Below are positions 40,296 through 52,621 of a stretch of DNA of 64,000 nt, in pieces. Made by a program: the position numbers and the translations under genes. Numbering within the stretch: the first letter of the stretch is position 1; every line of letters starts with the position of its first letter. The stretch covers positions 41,602,001-41,666,000 of the forward strand of contig OX597832.1 in NCBI GenBank assembly GCA_951406725.2, read 5' to 3'. Under the pieces are notes generated by a model. The model was not told where the DNA came from, made no database searches, and saw only the letters and a list, made by a program, of their open reading frames with translations. Source of the DNA: Octopus vulgaris. Taxonomy: Eukaryota.

Positions 40296-40732
40296 CAAAG
40301 GCTCTCAACCATTTTTTGCCTATAGATTCCTTTCTTTCTATTTTACTCTACTGGATACTACTGGACCCTTATAAACATTCAATGTTCTAATTAAATATTA
40401 GGATTTCATTTTTGGATTTGGTTTGCAAGATTCTTTATATGAGTTCGTGTGTTGTTAAATATTAGGAATTGGATTTTAAAAAAAACTGTTGAAATATTTT
40501 GTATATTAGTTTTTTATTCTTTTACTTGTTTCAGTCATTTGACTGTGGCCATGCACCACTTAGAAGGGAGGTTATAGTAGAAGAGACTTGCTCAAGGTCC
40601 CACACAGTGGGACTGAACCTAGGACTGCATGATTGGGAAGCAAGCTTCTTACCACACAACCAGTATAACCAATTTATTGCAGATAAATTTTAACAGCAAA
40701 ATCTTATGTGGACCCTGGTTGAAAACCCGGTG
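40296..40732. mobile_element. hAT/Charlie-type MITE containing a family A fragment
   Basis: 8-bp TSD ctctaaag at 40288-40295 and 40733-40740; ends homologous (inverted) to 20020-20250. Confidence 0.82.
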
Positions 40733-42221
40733 CTCTAAAGTGTTGTGCGCTGAAGCATACCCCAGCATTTTAAGTTTTTCTGCTTTGTTTTTTTATCCTG
40801 ACATTAAAATGTTGAAATACATCTGCTGCCCTAGATATCATACAATGGCAGGATATTCTTACTCAGTGCATTAACACTCAGTACAAAGCGTTCAGCAATT
40901 GCATTATGCACGCACCCTACACTGGTTACAATTGTATCTGTTTATAAAGCTTACAATTAAGGTGGGTAAGGTCAGTTAGAGTTGTAAATGTAAATGATTG
41001 AACAAGGAATATTAATTCTTCAACAGTTACCCTAAGCTCTCTCACTCCCATATTTCACATCCTGCCCTCGTGCAAGCAGGCAACCTGTTTTATTGTGTTA
41101 AAAGCAGGTCATCGTTTCTTTAGCCTTTTAGTGACTATACTTAAATTGAAAACATCTAAAATCAAATTAATCTTGAAAACAGTCAATATTTTGAAGGAGT
41201 TTCACAAAATATGCAGCTTCTTTTATGTATGTGTCAACTAATGTATTTAAGCTGGTGTTCGGACCACAACTTAACAATAGGTTCTTTAATAAAATTATGA
41301 TTGATGGCTTTTAATTTGAATATGGACACTTTAAAAATAGACAGGTTTCTAACTGAAAAACTGAGGGGGCCTCAACTGGTATGGTTTGAAAATGCTTGAA
41401 CTTCTTTCATTTTTCACTCCATTCCTAAAATTATGTCTCTCTCCAATTATGACGCCCCTCCCCAGCAAAAAAAAGAAACAAAGAAGTACAGACAAAGGAA
41501 GGAAGGACTAAAGAAGAATGAAAGAAAGAAGGAGAGACAAAGGGGAAAAGAAGGGAAAGAAAGAAAAATTAAAGAGAGAGAGAGAGAGAAAGAAATCGTG
41601 TTCTATTTCCAATAAAACCTTTACTCGGTATTTGGAAACAAAAGGAAAGGACTAAGATACTTAACTATATACTGGAAATATATGCAAACCAAGCAAACAA
41701 ATGTTCACAGATCAGTGCTAATTAGAATAGAGTAGATTCAAAAGAAAACTGAATAAAAGGAGCCACTACAAATGAGAGCTGAATTACAAAAATAGGGTCA
41801 TTAAAAGGTTTTGTTTTCTTTACATTTTTTGTTTTATTTCTACAGGTACAGAGCTACACACATGACACACATCAGATATTTGTATATGAATTATGGACAC
41901 ACATCAGATATATGTATATGAATTATTGTCAAAAGTGTTTTTTATGGTTGGATGCAGCTTGTATATACTAATCACTCAATTATGAACTATAATTGATAGC
42001 ATCTAGTTTTCAGCTCAGTAACTAAATCAAATGATGTTGCTTGCCTAAGGAGCAAAAGACAACAAAAACTGTATTTGATTTAATAAGACTCGGAGTTTGT
42101 AGTTAAGCATGTTTAAAGTCACAGAGCAAAGAAGAAACATCAGCTGCAAAACCTGTGCCAATATGAAAATATATATTGAACACTAATAATAATGATGAAA
42201 TTTCTTAGCACTACCCTCATT

Positions 42222-42588
42222 GCGTCCCCAAAGTCCATCCCCTCCTCACCATGGTGGGGACGCTGGCAACGGGTAGTGTCAGAGCTATGCTGTCGGGAAC
42301 TTCGGTTCCTGGTAGGGCCACCCAAGGTGGATTGGTCTGACACCGAGTGGTATTAGGGCCACAACCTGGCAGACGGGGCTCTGAGGAAAATCCTTGGAGT
42401 GTCTGCTTCGGCAACCGGCGGCTCCTCGGTCGTTCTGTCCCTGCGTCTGCGGCAAACAGGATGTCTCTACATGCGGGATTGTTGGGGACCGCTTGTGAAA
42501 TCCACATATTCCCACGAAACTCCTTCCATGAGTAGAAGAAGCCGACTCAAACCACCCAGGGTGAATGTCGCCACAAGTACAAGTAAGT
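42222..42588 (+). mobile_element. Non-autonomous RTE-derived (bipartite) retroposon, GC-rich and structured
   Basis: 12-bp TSD actaccctcatt at 42210-42221 and 42589-42600; RTE 5'UTR-type motif gagctatgc...ggtagggccacccaag; short-repeat tail caagtacaagtaagt. Confidence 0.8.
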
Positions 42589-43396
42589 ACTACCCTCATT
42601 AGCAAACTTACTAAACCAAACCAAACTAACCTAGCTTAAACAGTCAATAGGAAACAGTTTAAAAATACTCTTCAGTGTGTTGCTAAACTAAAGATATTTC
42701 TGTCATGGAGAAACTAAGAATATTTAATGTGATAAACACTTTATAGGAAAAAAACAAAGTTGTCAAAAATTAACACTGCTGACACTTATTTAGCTTCGTT
42801 GAGCTAACATCTCCTTTTGATACGTCATTCAACAAACCAAAAGGGAAACTATTCATTCTTGCAACATCACGACTACACTTCCCCTGTGCCTCATAGAACT
42901 ATTTTATTTGGTTTTAAACTGCTCTATAATTTCCATAATAGACAGTTTCAATTGAATATTTTAACTGAGAATTTCAATAACACGAGAATTTGGTAGTGTT
43001 TAGATATTTTCTCTTCACATTTCTTTTCAAATAATGTTTTCACTAAAAGGAAGTGCAGACACATAAACATACAGACACACACACATATATCATCATCATT
43101 TAATGTCCCTTTCCTTACACTGGTATAAGTTGGACAGGTCAACAGGAACTGACACCAGAGGGCTGTGATGAGACCCTATATCTGCTTTGGCATGGTTTCT
43201 ACAGCTAGATGCCCTTCCTAATGCCAACCACTTCACAGAGTTTACTGGGTGTTTTTTATTGGCACCATAACACGTACACGCACACACACACACATGTAAC
43301 AGTTCACTCTGACAGCCTGCAAAGGTCATGAGCAATACCACCTTCCTCCAAAGTAACAAGTAAGAATAAAAAGAACCCCAAAATATATATATATGC

Positions 43397-43923
43397 GTGA
43401 TCGTTACCAACATCGCCTTACTGACACCTGTGCTGGTGGCATGTGTAAAAAGATTCGAGAGAGGTCGTTGCCAGTACCACCTGACTGGCCCCCGTGCTGG
43501 TGGCACGTAAAAAGCACCCACTACACTCTCGGAGTGGTTGGCGTTAGGAAGGGCATCAAGCTGTAGAAACTCTGCCAAATCAAGATTGGAGCCTGGTACA
43601 GCCATCTGGTTTGCCAGCCCTCAGTCAAAATCTACTTCTTTACTACCCACAAGGGGCTAAACACAGAGGGGATAAACAAGGACAACAAACGGATTAAGTC
43701 GATTACATCAACCCCAGTGCATAACTGGTACATAGTTTATCGACCCCCGAAAGAATGAAAGGCAAAGTCGACCTTGGTGGAATTTGAACGCAGAACGTAA
43801 CGGCAGACGAAATACGGCTACGCATTTCGCCCGGCGTGCTAACGTTTCTGCCAGCTCGCCGAAATCAAAATCGTCCAACCCATGCTAGCATGGAAAGCGG
43901 ACGTTAAACGATGATGATGATGA
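43397..43923 (+). mobile_element. Family C SINE interrupted by family B
   Basis: Family C sequence resumes after TSD tcaaaatc. Confidence 0.9.
43633..43864 (-). mobile_element. Family B SINE nested in family C
   Basis: 8-bp TSD tcaaaatc at 43625-43632 and 43865-43872. Confidence 0.9.
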
Positions 43924-44286
43924 TATTGAGTACTTGTTCTTTTAGTTCATTACTAATGTATGTGTGTGTGTGTGTTCATATATAAAACAAGACAGAAATA
44001 GATAAATAAACAGGATGCAAAAGCACATCTGTTTATGTGATTGGTTTAAGATGGTGAGATTATCTGAGGTATTAGTGCTTATTGATTCTAGAGATAATCT
44101 CAACACAATAAGACTGATGACTAGATCCATTAATTAGTTATGATGACAGTGGTGGAATTATTTCTGACGTGTTTGTAGATGACTAATGTTTGTGCAGTTA
44201 TGGGTATGTCTGCATGTATATGCGTATGTCTTTTTCTTGCAAACCATCTGCCTTGTTTACTTGCTGAACTTGCAGTTTGAAAACAA

Positions 44287-44572
44287 GGCAGAATTCTGGG
44301 TTAAACACCCCATTTAACCCCCTCATAACTTTTTATTTTTTGCAAATTTGTATTCTACACATGGGAATTCATACAATTATGGAAAAAAAAAGACTTTTTA
44401 TTTGTGTGTGATTTAAAGATGATTTATCTGTTGTTTTTTGCACGTTTCATGACCACCTGATATTGTTATGAATTCCTGTGTGCAGAAGACAAACTCATAA
44501 AATTTTTCTGAAAATTCCAAAAAATAAAAAAGTTATGAGGGGTTAATGGGGTGATTAAACCTGAGTTCAGCC
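44287..44572. mobile_element. MITE with ~55-bp imperfect TIRs (GGC...GCC termini)
   Basis: ggcagaattctgggttaaacaccccatttaaccccctcataactttt matches the reverse complement of aaaagttatgaggggttaatggggtgattaaacctgagttcagcc; TSD unclear. Confidence 0.75.
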
Positions 44573-45507
44573 AAAAATAAAGTATTGTAACTAAGAAATA
44601 CAAGGCATTTAATCTAACAACAACTTCCTTATGTAATAATTTAAATGCTAGTTTCATGCCTCTGAAAACATAATAGTTGGACAAGCTTGTATAGTATGAC
44701 ATCTATTTTCAGGCAACTGATCAGACTCAAAAAATGCAACTATTGTATTTTGAGTCTGACTCTTACCAAAATTGTCATGCAGTGGAACTGAACCCAAAAC
44801 CATGTGGTTACAAAAGTGAGCTTCTTGACCACACAGCCATGCTTGCATAATTTCAGTAAATATTCTTCAAAGTTTGAAAGGAAACAAAACAAGCTTTTAC
44901 AAAAGAGAGTTTTGCAAAAGGAAGCTTTTACAAAACAAACCTCTTCTCGAAGCTGTCACCAATTTAAGGAATTGAATAACAAGAAAAGAAAAATTATTGA
45001 TTTTTTTTTATCAGAAATCTCTGGTCAAAGGAAAGTTTTACTATTCTTGCTTTGATCAAACTATCCACATTTATTTAGAAATTTTATTAATTATAATAAT
45101 CAATACTTCAACTAACTAATCAATATTATTTTGAATATATATGAAATGTTATTCAGAATAGAAAACAAGATTATATAGAAATAGAACCATAGACTCTATT
45201 ATTGTGAGTTTAAACTAAAGAAGTCATCTGAATTTTCTTTCATAACCAATACTATTGGTACTATCTATAGTAGATAAACTCACTTATCAAGGGATAATAC
45301 CTTTTATCAATATAAAATAAGTGGTTTTAACAGTAACTGGGTAAGATAAACCAATAAAATTTTACTTTTTTTATCAGTTTTAAAATTTTCCATTTTTCTT
45401 TTGTTTAAATTCTCAAATATTCAGATATAGATTTGTTATTGTTTAGCCCCAGGTTAACCCTGAGTAAGCAGACATTTTATCAAAAGTATGTAAGCTCTAA
45501 CTAGCCC

Positions 45508-45795
45508 CACTCCTACTCCTGCTCCAGAGCATCGACTGCGGGGTCACTCCGAAAAGATCTATCTGCGACGATTTCATCTCAATCGAAGGAGAGGGGCTTT
45601 CTCCGTCCGGGTTGCGGATCCGTGGAATAAGCTGTCGGACAAGATAGTGAAGATGCCGACGACCGCTCGGTTCAAAGTCTTCCTTGACCCCAAGTGGCCT
45701 GAACTCTTTACATGAACACCCTCCCTGTACATAACTCCATGTCCCCCTACATGGCCTTGCTTTTTGCTTTTTGAGCCAAAAAATTAACTAACTAA
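45508..45795 (+). mobile_element. CR1-clade LINE 3' end (second, younger family)
   Basis: Open frame EHRLRGHSEKIYLRRFHLNRRRGAFSVRVADPWNKLSDKIVKMPTTARFKVFLDPKW; (AACT)n tail; 11-bp TSD ctaactagccc at 45497-45507 and 45796-45806; CpG-rich. Confidence 0.9.
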
Positions 45796-46267
45796 CTAAC
45801 TAGCCCATCGTTTTAGGGATATCTAATGCATTCTTTTTTTTATTATTATTATAGTAGGGTGCAATTTAATGGAAGTTTGACTGCTATTTCAAGCAGGTTG
45901 AGCAACCACCTATTGGCTTAACAGATACAAAGTAATAATGGATGGTTCAAGTTGATGACACCTTTTACTCACAAAGTTTTATTGCATTATGGTACAAGGA
46001 AAAACTTGTTTTTCATCTGAGTTTGATGGAAGATAAGGGAGGAATTTACAAATTGCTAGAACTAAATATGACTTAGTCTTCAGCAATATAGTATTACAAC
46101 TATAATTACTATGACTATTGCTGCTACTGCTGCTGCTGTTGATCCTTTCTACTATAAGCACAAGGCTTGAAATTTTGGGGTTGGGAGCTGGTCAATTACA
46201 TTAACCCCCAGTACTCAACTGGTACTTATTTTATCAATCTGAAAAAGATGAAGGGCAAAGTCAATCT

Positions 46268-47000
46268 CTTTTACTTGTTACATTCATTTGACTGGGGAAC
46301 CACCTTGAAGAATTTTTTAGTCAAATGAATCAACCCAATACTTATTTTTGTTAAGCCTCGTACTTATTCTATTGGTCACTTTTTGCTGAACCACTAGGTT
46401 ACGGGGACGTAAACACATCAACACTGATTGTCAAGTGGTGATGGGGGACAAACACAGACGTAAAGACACACACACTTAGATATATTGCTTACCAACCACA
46501 TGGTTCTGGGTTCAGTCCCCCTGCATGGCACCATGGGCAAGTGTCTTCTACTATAGCCTCAGGCCGAGCAAAGCCTTCTAAGTAGATTTGGTAGACGGAA
46601 ACTGAAAGAAGCCCATCATATATGTATGTGTGTGTGTATGTTTGTGTGTCTGTGTTTGTCCCCCCAATATCACTTGGCAACCGATGCTGGTGTGTTTACA
46701 TCCCCATCACTTAGTGGTTCAGCAAGAGGGACCGATAGAATAAGTACCTGGGGGCGATTTGTTCAACTAATGGCAGTGCTCCAGCATGGCCACAGTCAAA
46801 TGACTGAAACAAAATAAAAGAAAAAGGAAAGAAAAATATATGACAGGCTTCTTTCAGTCTCCATCTACCAAATCTACTCACAAGGCTTTGGTCAGCCCAT
46901 GCAATAGTAGAAAACACTTGCCCAAGGTACCACGCAAGGGGATTGAATCCAAAACCATGTGATTGGGAAGTAAGCTTCTTACCACACAGCCACTCCTGCA
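46268..47000. mobile_element. Plus-strand family A copy (46487-46820) nested in an older minus-strand family A copy
   Basis: The minus copy's 3' half (46268-46470) and 5' half (46838-47000) flank an opposite-orientation copy. Confidence 0.8.
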
Positions 47001-47878
47001 CTTATGCGAATAAAGAAAGAAAATAAAAGTTGTGAATAGAGAAGGAAAAAAACGTGTTTAATCATAGATATTGCATGCCCTAGTGATGAATGAATAACAG
47101 CATAAAAAAGAAAAAGAAAAAGAAGAGACGCAAGTCAGATGTGATTCGAAGTGGGAAAATAAAAAAGACTGTGGCCATTGAAGAAAGTGAGTGTTGTACC
47201 TGTTGTTAAAGTATCAAGCTCACAAACAAGATTGAAAAGATAGGTGTACATGTGAAGATAGAGGGTCTACAGGAAACTGTTGTTTGAAACTGCACAAATC
47301 CTCTACAGAGTTTACAGAGCCTGAATGAAAAGTGAAACTTGGTCCACTAGTTGCAGACAGCTGACACTTTGTTACATTCTCCAGTGAAGTTGCTGTGTTA
47401 AACAAGATAATTAATAATAATTCTTTCTAATTAAGGCACAAGGCGAACAGTCTTGAGAGGTGGGAGTCTGTCAATTATAGCAGCTCTAGTAGTTGACTGG
47501 TGGTTTATTTGTATTTGTATTTTATTGATAGGAGAGGGATGAAAGCCAGGGGATCTTGCTTTGTGAATGGAATTATAAAGAAAAGAAGACGGAAGACTTT
47601 GATCATAGGCACATGTTCAGTTGGGGGTAGTTCTACAACAACTACAATTGAAAGTAAGAGGCCAGTCAGGTCAGCGAGTGAAACATTAGTCACAGTTGGT
47701 TTCCAAAGACACCAATGAACTAAAGCAACTGAACAACCATGTCACAGGTATAATAAAAAGGCTGCTGTTTAACATTTGCATTTGTGCACATGGGTACATA
47801 CATGCAAACACAAACACACGCACATATAATTTAATTTTTTCATTGTTGAATTGATAAAGGGTGTTTTTTTTCTATTTT

Positions 47879-47911
<33 letters not shown>

Positions 47912-47919
47912 TCTATATA

Positions 47920-48288
47920 TCTCTATATATATAAACGGCAAAATGTCTGTGTGTGTGTGTATCCTTTATACAAATCCACAATTTTTCAGTTAGAGAGCTT
48001 GCACTTTCTATGGTCATTCAAAACCGTCCAAGGGTGGTCGTACACATCTTTACATTTCCCCAGTCGCCCTGCAAAGCCATTAAAAAAATCAATAGAAGTG
48101 ACTTTTTTGTGAATTTTCTATCCAAAACCCAATCAAAATGCCCAAAACCTGATACACCAATTGAATGCCAGCTAGCTGTATGTGATTGGCCGGATATTTG
48201 GACAGTACTCGCGTGTATGTGTGCACACACGCAGCTGTATATGCATGCACTAGCACTATGACCTGGCGTTGCCGGGTCATAGTGCTAG
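47920..48288 (+). mobile_element. Non-autonomous Helitron-like element
   Basis: A|TC(TCTATATATATAAA) 5' end and CTAG|T 3' end, no TSD; terminal hairpin actagcactatgacctggc-gtt-gccgggtcatagtgctagt at 48249-48289. Confidence 0.75.
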
Positions 48289-48296
48289 TATATATA

Positions 48297-48670
48297 TAAA
48301 GGGTGTTTGGACTAAATTCGACAGTTTGCATAAAAAGAAGCACGAAGCACAATATTCTGTTCAAAAATAAAAATATTTTAAAACATCAATAAATTAGATT
48401 ATAGCTGGGAGATAACAATTTACTCAAATTAGTCACCCTCAACTTTCACCATGGCCTCAAATCAACTCCAGAACCTGGCACATGTATCCCTGGGAAAATC
48501 TTTAAACACCTCCTTGATACTGGCCACCAGTTTGGCCCTGGTGTTGCAGACAGAGTGGGTGGTGTCTTTTACAACCACACCTCAAACTTAGTAATCTATA
48601 GAATTACAGCAAATAGGGGTGGTGAAAGTGTAGAAATTCTCAGACAGCCACTTCTGATTCTTTCTGGAAA
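48297..48670 (-). mobile_element. Tc1/mariner (maT-like) transposase C-terminal remnant with right TIR
   Basis: Minus strand SRKNQKWLSENF...DY*V*GVV...CNTRAKLVASIKEVF...CARF..FEAMVKVEGD with stops; homologous to the 49715 element. Confidence 0.72.
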
Positions 48671-49714
48671 TAACATTGTTGTGAAAATGTGTGTGTGTGT
48701 GTGCGTGTGTATACAGTATACATATATATATATATACAGTATACATATTGTGTGAGAGGGTGTGTACATATATATATGCACACACACACGCACATGTATA
48801 TATATATATGAGTATGTATACAAGCATATAATATCCTATATTAGATATATAGATATGTGTGAGAGAGAGTGTGTACCTGTATATGCACTTGAATGCTTGC
48901 ATACCTACATACATTTGCATTTATATCACTATATATGGCAGAATTAATCATTAAAATGGATAAGAGAGAATTTATTACATTTTTAAGTATATCTATTCAC
49001 GGGGTTATTAATTTACATGTCCACCCTCATTAAATTTACAAACTGTGATGCTGTTCTGAAATTCTAAAAATATATTTTGCAGCTTAATTTCAGTTATACC
49101 CTGAATGGTACTAGTTATCATGGCCCACAAAGAACAAAAGTTTACTTGAATAAGCAGTCACCATTATATATCCCCATAGAATAACATTGAAATAATTATT
49201 AAATTTTAAGAGAAATAAATAATTATAATTGATTTTTTTTTCAATGATGAAGATACAAAATTTGCATCAGGTTTCTAAATGTTCATAACAGATTAATTCT
49301 GTCATATATATAACTAACTACAAAGTTATTTTAATTATGTTAGTTATTATAATTGTGTGTTTGCACACACACACACACACACACACTGCTGTATGGCTAC
49401 AAATCTCATGTCACAACCACAGTCTAGTCCCACCTTTGACAAGTGTCTTCTCCTATAGTGCTGACCAACTAAAACGCTGCAAGTAGATATGGCAAACAGA
49501 AGCTGAAAGAAGCCCTTTGTATATGTATGTGTACACATACATGCACACACATATTCACTTAAATATATGTGTCTTGTGTGTGCATTTGTATCATTTTGTC
49601 TGACTCATGCATGCAGGGAAAAAAGGAAATGGAGATTAGATATTTGATGATGATGATTATGGTGATGACATGAACATATGAGTATATAAACACACATACA
49701 CACACACATATATA

Positions 49715-50569
49715 CAGAGTGCAATGGGTAAAGTGTTGCCGTTTTATATTTTTCATTTCGAGCATGTCTGTTTTTGAGTTTGTTAACTACACAGAATAGA
49801 AGGGTCAATTGGGCACTGTCTGTGAGAAAAACAACACCATGACGCAATTCACTCTGCTAGAAATTTGGAAAGGACATGCTGTACTGCTTGGCATTCATGC
49901 CGGAAGCTCCAATACAAACATTTCAGAGTGTTCGGGTATCAATCTGAGGACATGTACTGAGAGTGATAAAAATCAGACACCCATTCAACATAATATAATG
50001 GTGTTTGGAGTGATCTCTAGTGATGGCGATTTTATGCTTCCATCTTCCTACACGGCCTCAATCTCAACACAGAGGCCTACCTCAAGTGCTTGGAGGAGGT
50101 AGTGTTGCCCTGGGTCAAGAGAATGGCTGCTGGAAGACCCTATGTCTGGTAACAGCTCTGCACCATTCCACACAAGCAGGAGAACCCAGTCATGGCTGTC
50201 AGACAATTTCTGTGACCACATCACCCCTAACATCTGGCCACTCAACTCCCCAGACTGAAACCCCCTTGATTATTATGTGTGAGGCACAGTTGAGTGAGAA
50301 ACCAACAAAACTCCAAAGATGAACTGAAGGCAAGGATTATGGCAGCATTCACCAACTTAAACAAGGAGACCAACCCAAAGAGATGGAGGAGATTCCGAAG
50401 TCATCTGGAAGTCGTGGTTGAAGCCAATGGCGATTTTATTGAATAAATTTACTCTTTAGTATTTCAAGATATCTTTATGTAATTTTGGTAAATATATCTG
50501 TTAAAATGAGATGTCAGTGTTATTTTCATTTTTGCGTAATTTAGACGACAGTTTATTCATCGCATCCTG
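49715..50569 (+). mobile_element. Internally deleted Tc1/mariner (maT/DD37D-like) transposon with pseudogenised transposase
   Basis: TA TSDs; degenerate TIRs cagagtgcaatgggtaaa / tttattcatcgcatcctg; frameshifted IMVFGVISSDG..YLKCLEEVVLPWV..SAPFHT..TQSWL..WPLNSPD*NPLDYYV..VVEANGDFIE. Confidence 0.9.
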
Positions 50570-51172
50570 TATATGTATTCATGACTGGTTCACTATGTGT
50601 AATAAGCAGCTTGTTCCCCAACCACAACTACAATTTCCATTTGATTTGGCTTTGATATTACTGTTGATGTTGTTGTGCTTGACTCAATAGGTCTCCTTAA
50701 GCATGGCATGTCGCCCTACGATCCAAGCTACTTTTGAGTGGGCTGGTTTTGTGACACTGGTGTAGGTTACAGCTGTAGACTCATTTTATTTGCCGGATAT
50801 ATATTATAAAATATATATATATATATGTATCATAATTTTTACATGGAAAAGATTGAGTGACATCATCTCACCATCATCAATTTGACGAGAGCAATCAAGC
50901 TGAGACTTCAAAGTCAATACCAACCTTTCCCTAATAAAAATCAATACTAAAAAGTATTGAGTAATCCATCAGTTTGTTCAATTGATTTTTATATATAACT
51001 TGACATAAAAGTAAACATCAGTGTGATCATGTAGTTAAGAATTTTGTTTTCCTATCCACAGGTTTTGGTTCATTTCCACCGAGTGGCACCTTTAACAAAT
51101 GTCTTTTACTATAGCCTAAAAATCACCAAAGCCTTATAAGTGGATCTGGTAGACAAAAACTGAAAGGAGCTT

Positions 51173-51311
51173 CCGCTGAGGTCGACTTTGCCTTTCATCC
51201 TTTCGGGGTCGATAAATTAAGTACCAGTTACGCACTGGCGTCGATGTAATCGACTTAATCCATTTGTCTGTCCCCTCTATGTTCAGCCCCTTGTGGGTAA
51301 TAAAAAAAAAA
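51173..51311 (+). mobile_element. 5'-truncated family B SINE with poly(A), nested in an old family A copy
   Basis: 18-bp TSD aaaaactgaaaggagctt at 51155-51172 and 51312-51329. Confidence 0.88.
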
Positions 51312-51786
51312 AAAAACTGAAAGGAGCTTGTCATATACATACATGTATATGCATATATGTATGCATGAGTCTGTGTGTCTGTTTGCATGAGTGAATTTGT
51401 AGTTTCTTTGTCCCCATAAGTGTTCTCTCACTGATGTACATACAAACAATAGCTTCACTAACTTCGTTTCCTTACAGTCCACCGAGAAAGCGTATCTAAG
51501 CTTCTTGACATGTCTTGACATGATCTTTATAAAGTAAAGACTCATCCATATGCTATCGTTTGTACACAGATCTGGACTATTTGTTGTTCGATACACAAAG
51601 AGATTATTACCTGATTTGGAAACAAGTGAGGTTTGGTAACAGGAAGGATATATGGCCATACAAAAAAAAACCCCAAAAAACCACTTATTTGATTCAGACA
51701 TGCATGTAAAAAAAAAGGACATTAAATCGATGACAATAATAATGATCTCTCTCTCTCTCTGTATATATATATATATAGTTAATCTA

Positions 51787-51962
51787 AACATGAAAACACA
51801 ACAACGCGAGGACGTGGAACAAGTATAGTGTTATTGGACGCTCAGGAAAGAAGGAGGGTTTAACGTTTCGAGCGGAGCTCTTCGTTGGAAACATAGGAGA
51901 AGGAAAGATCCAGAGAAGGGAAGGCAGCGGACAAAAAATCGCCAACGGCACACACGAGGTCA
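51787..51962 (-). mobile_element. Penelope-like pseudo-LTR fragment with minimal hammerhead motif
   Basis: Homologous to 61054-61210; contains gttt-ccaacga-a-gagc-tcc-gctc-gaaac-gtt-aaac on the minus strand. Confidence 0.7.
51858..51892 (-). ncRNA. Degenerate minimal type-I hammerhead ribozyme motif
   Basis: Stem I gttt/aaac, stem II gagc/gctc, GAAA, palindromic ACGU stem III; core CCAACGA has two changes from CUGANGA, so probably inactive. Confidence 0.55.

Positions 51963-52621
<659 letters not shown>

Noticed and set aside
41815-41851. Strong plus-strand acceptor ttttgttttatttctacag|gtacag
   Set aside because: The following donor is weak and there is no coherent downstream exon; T-rich tracts are common here.
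47200-47405. Possible minus-strand exon (61-aa ORF)
   Set aside because: Weak splice signals and no recognisable domain.
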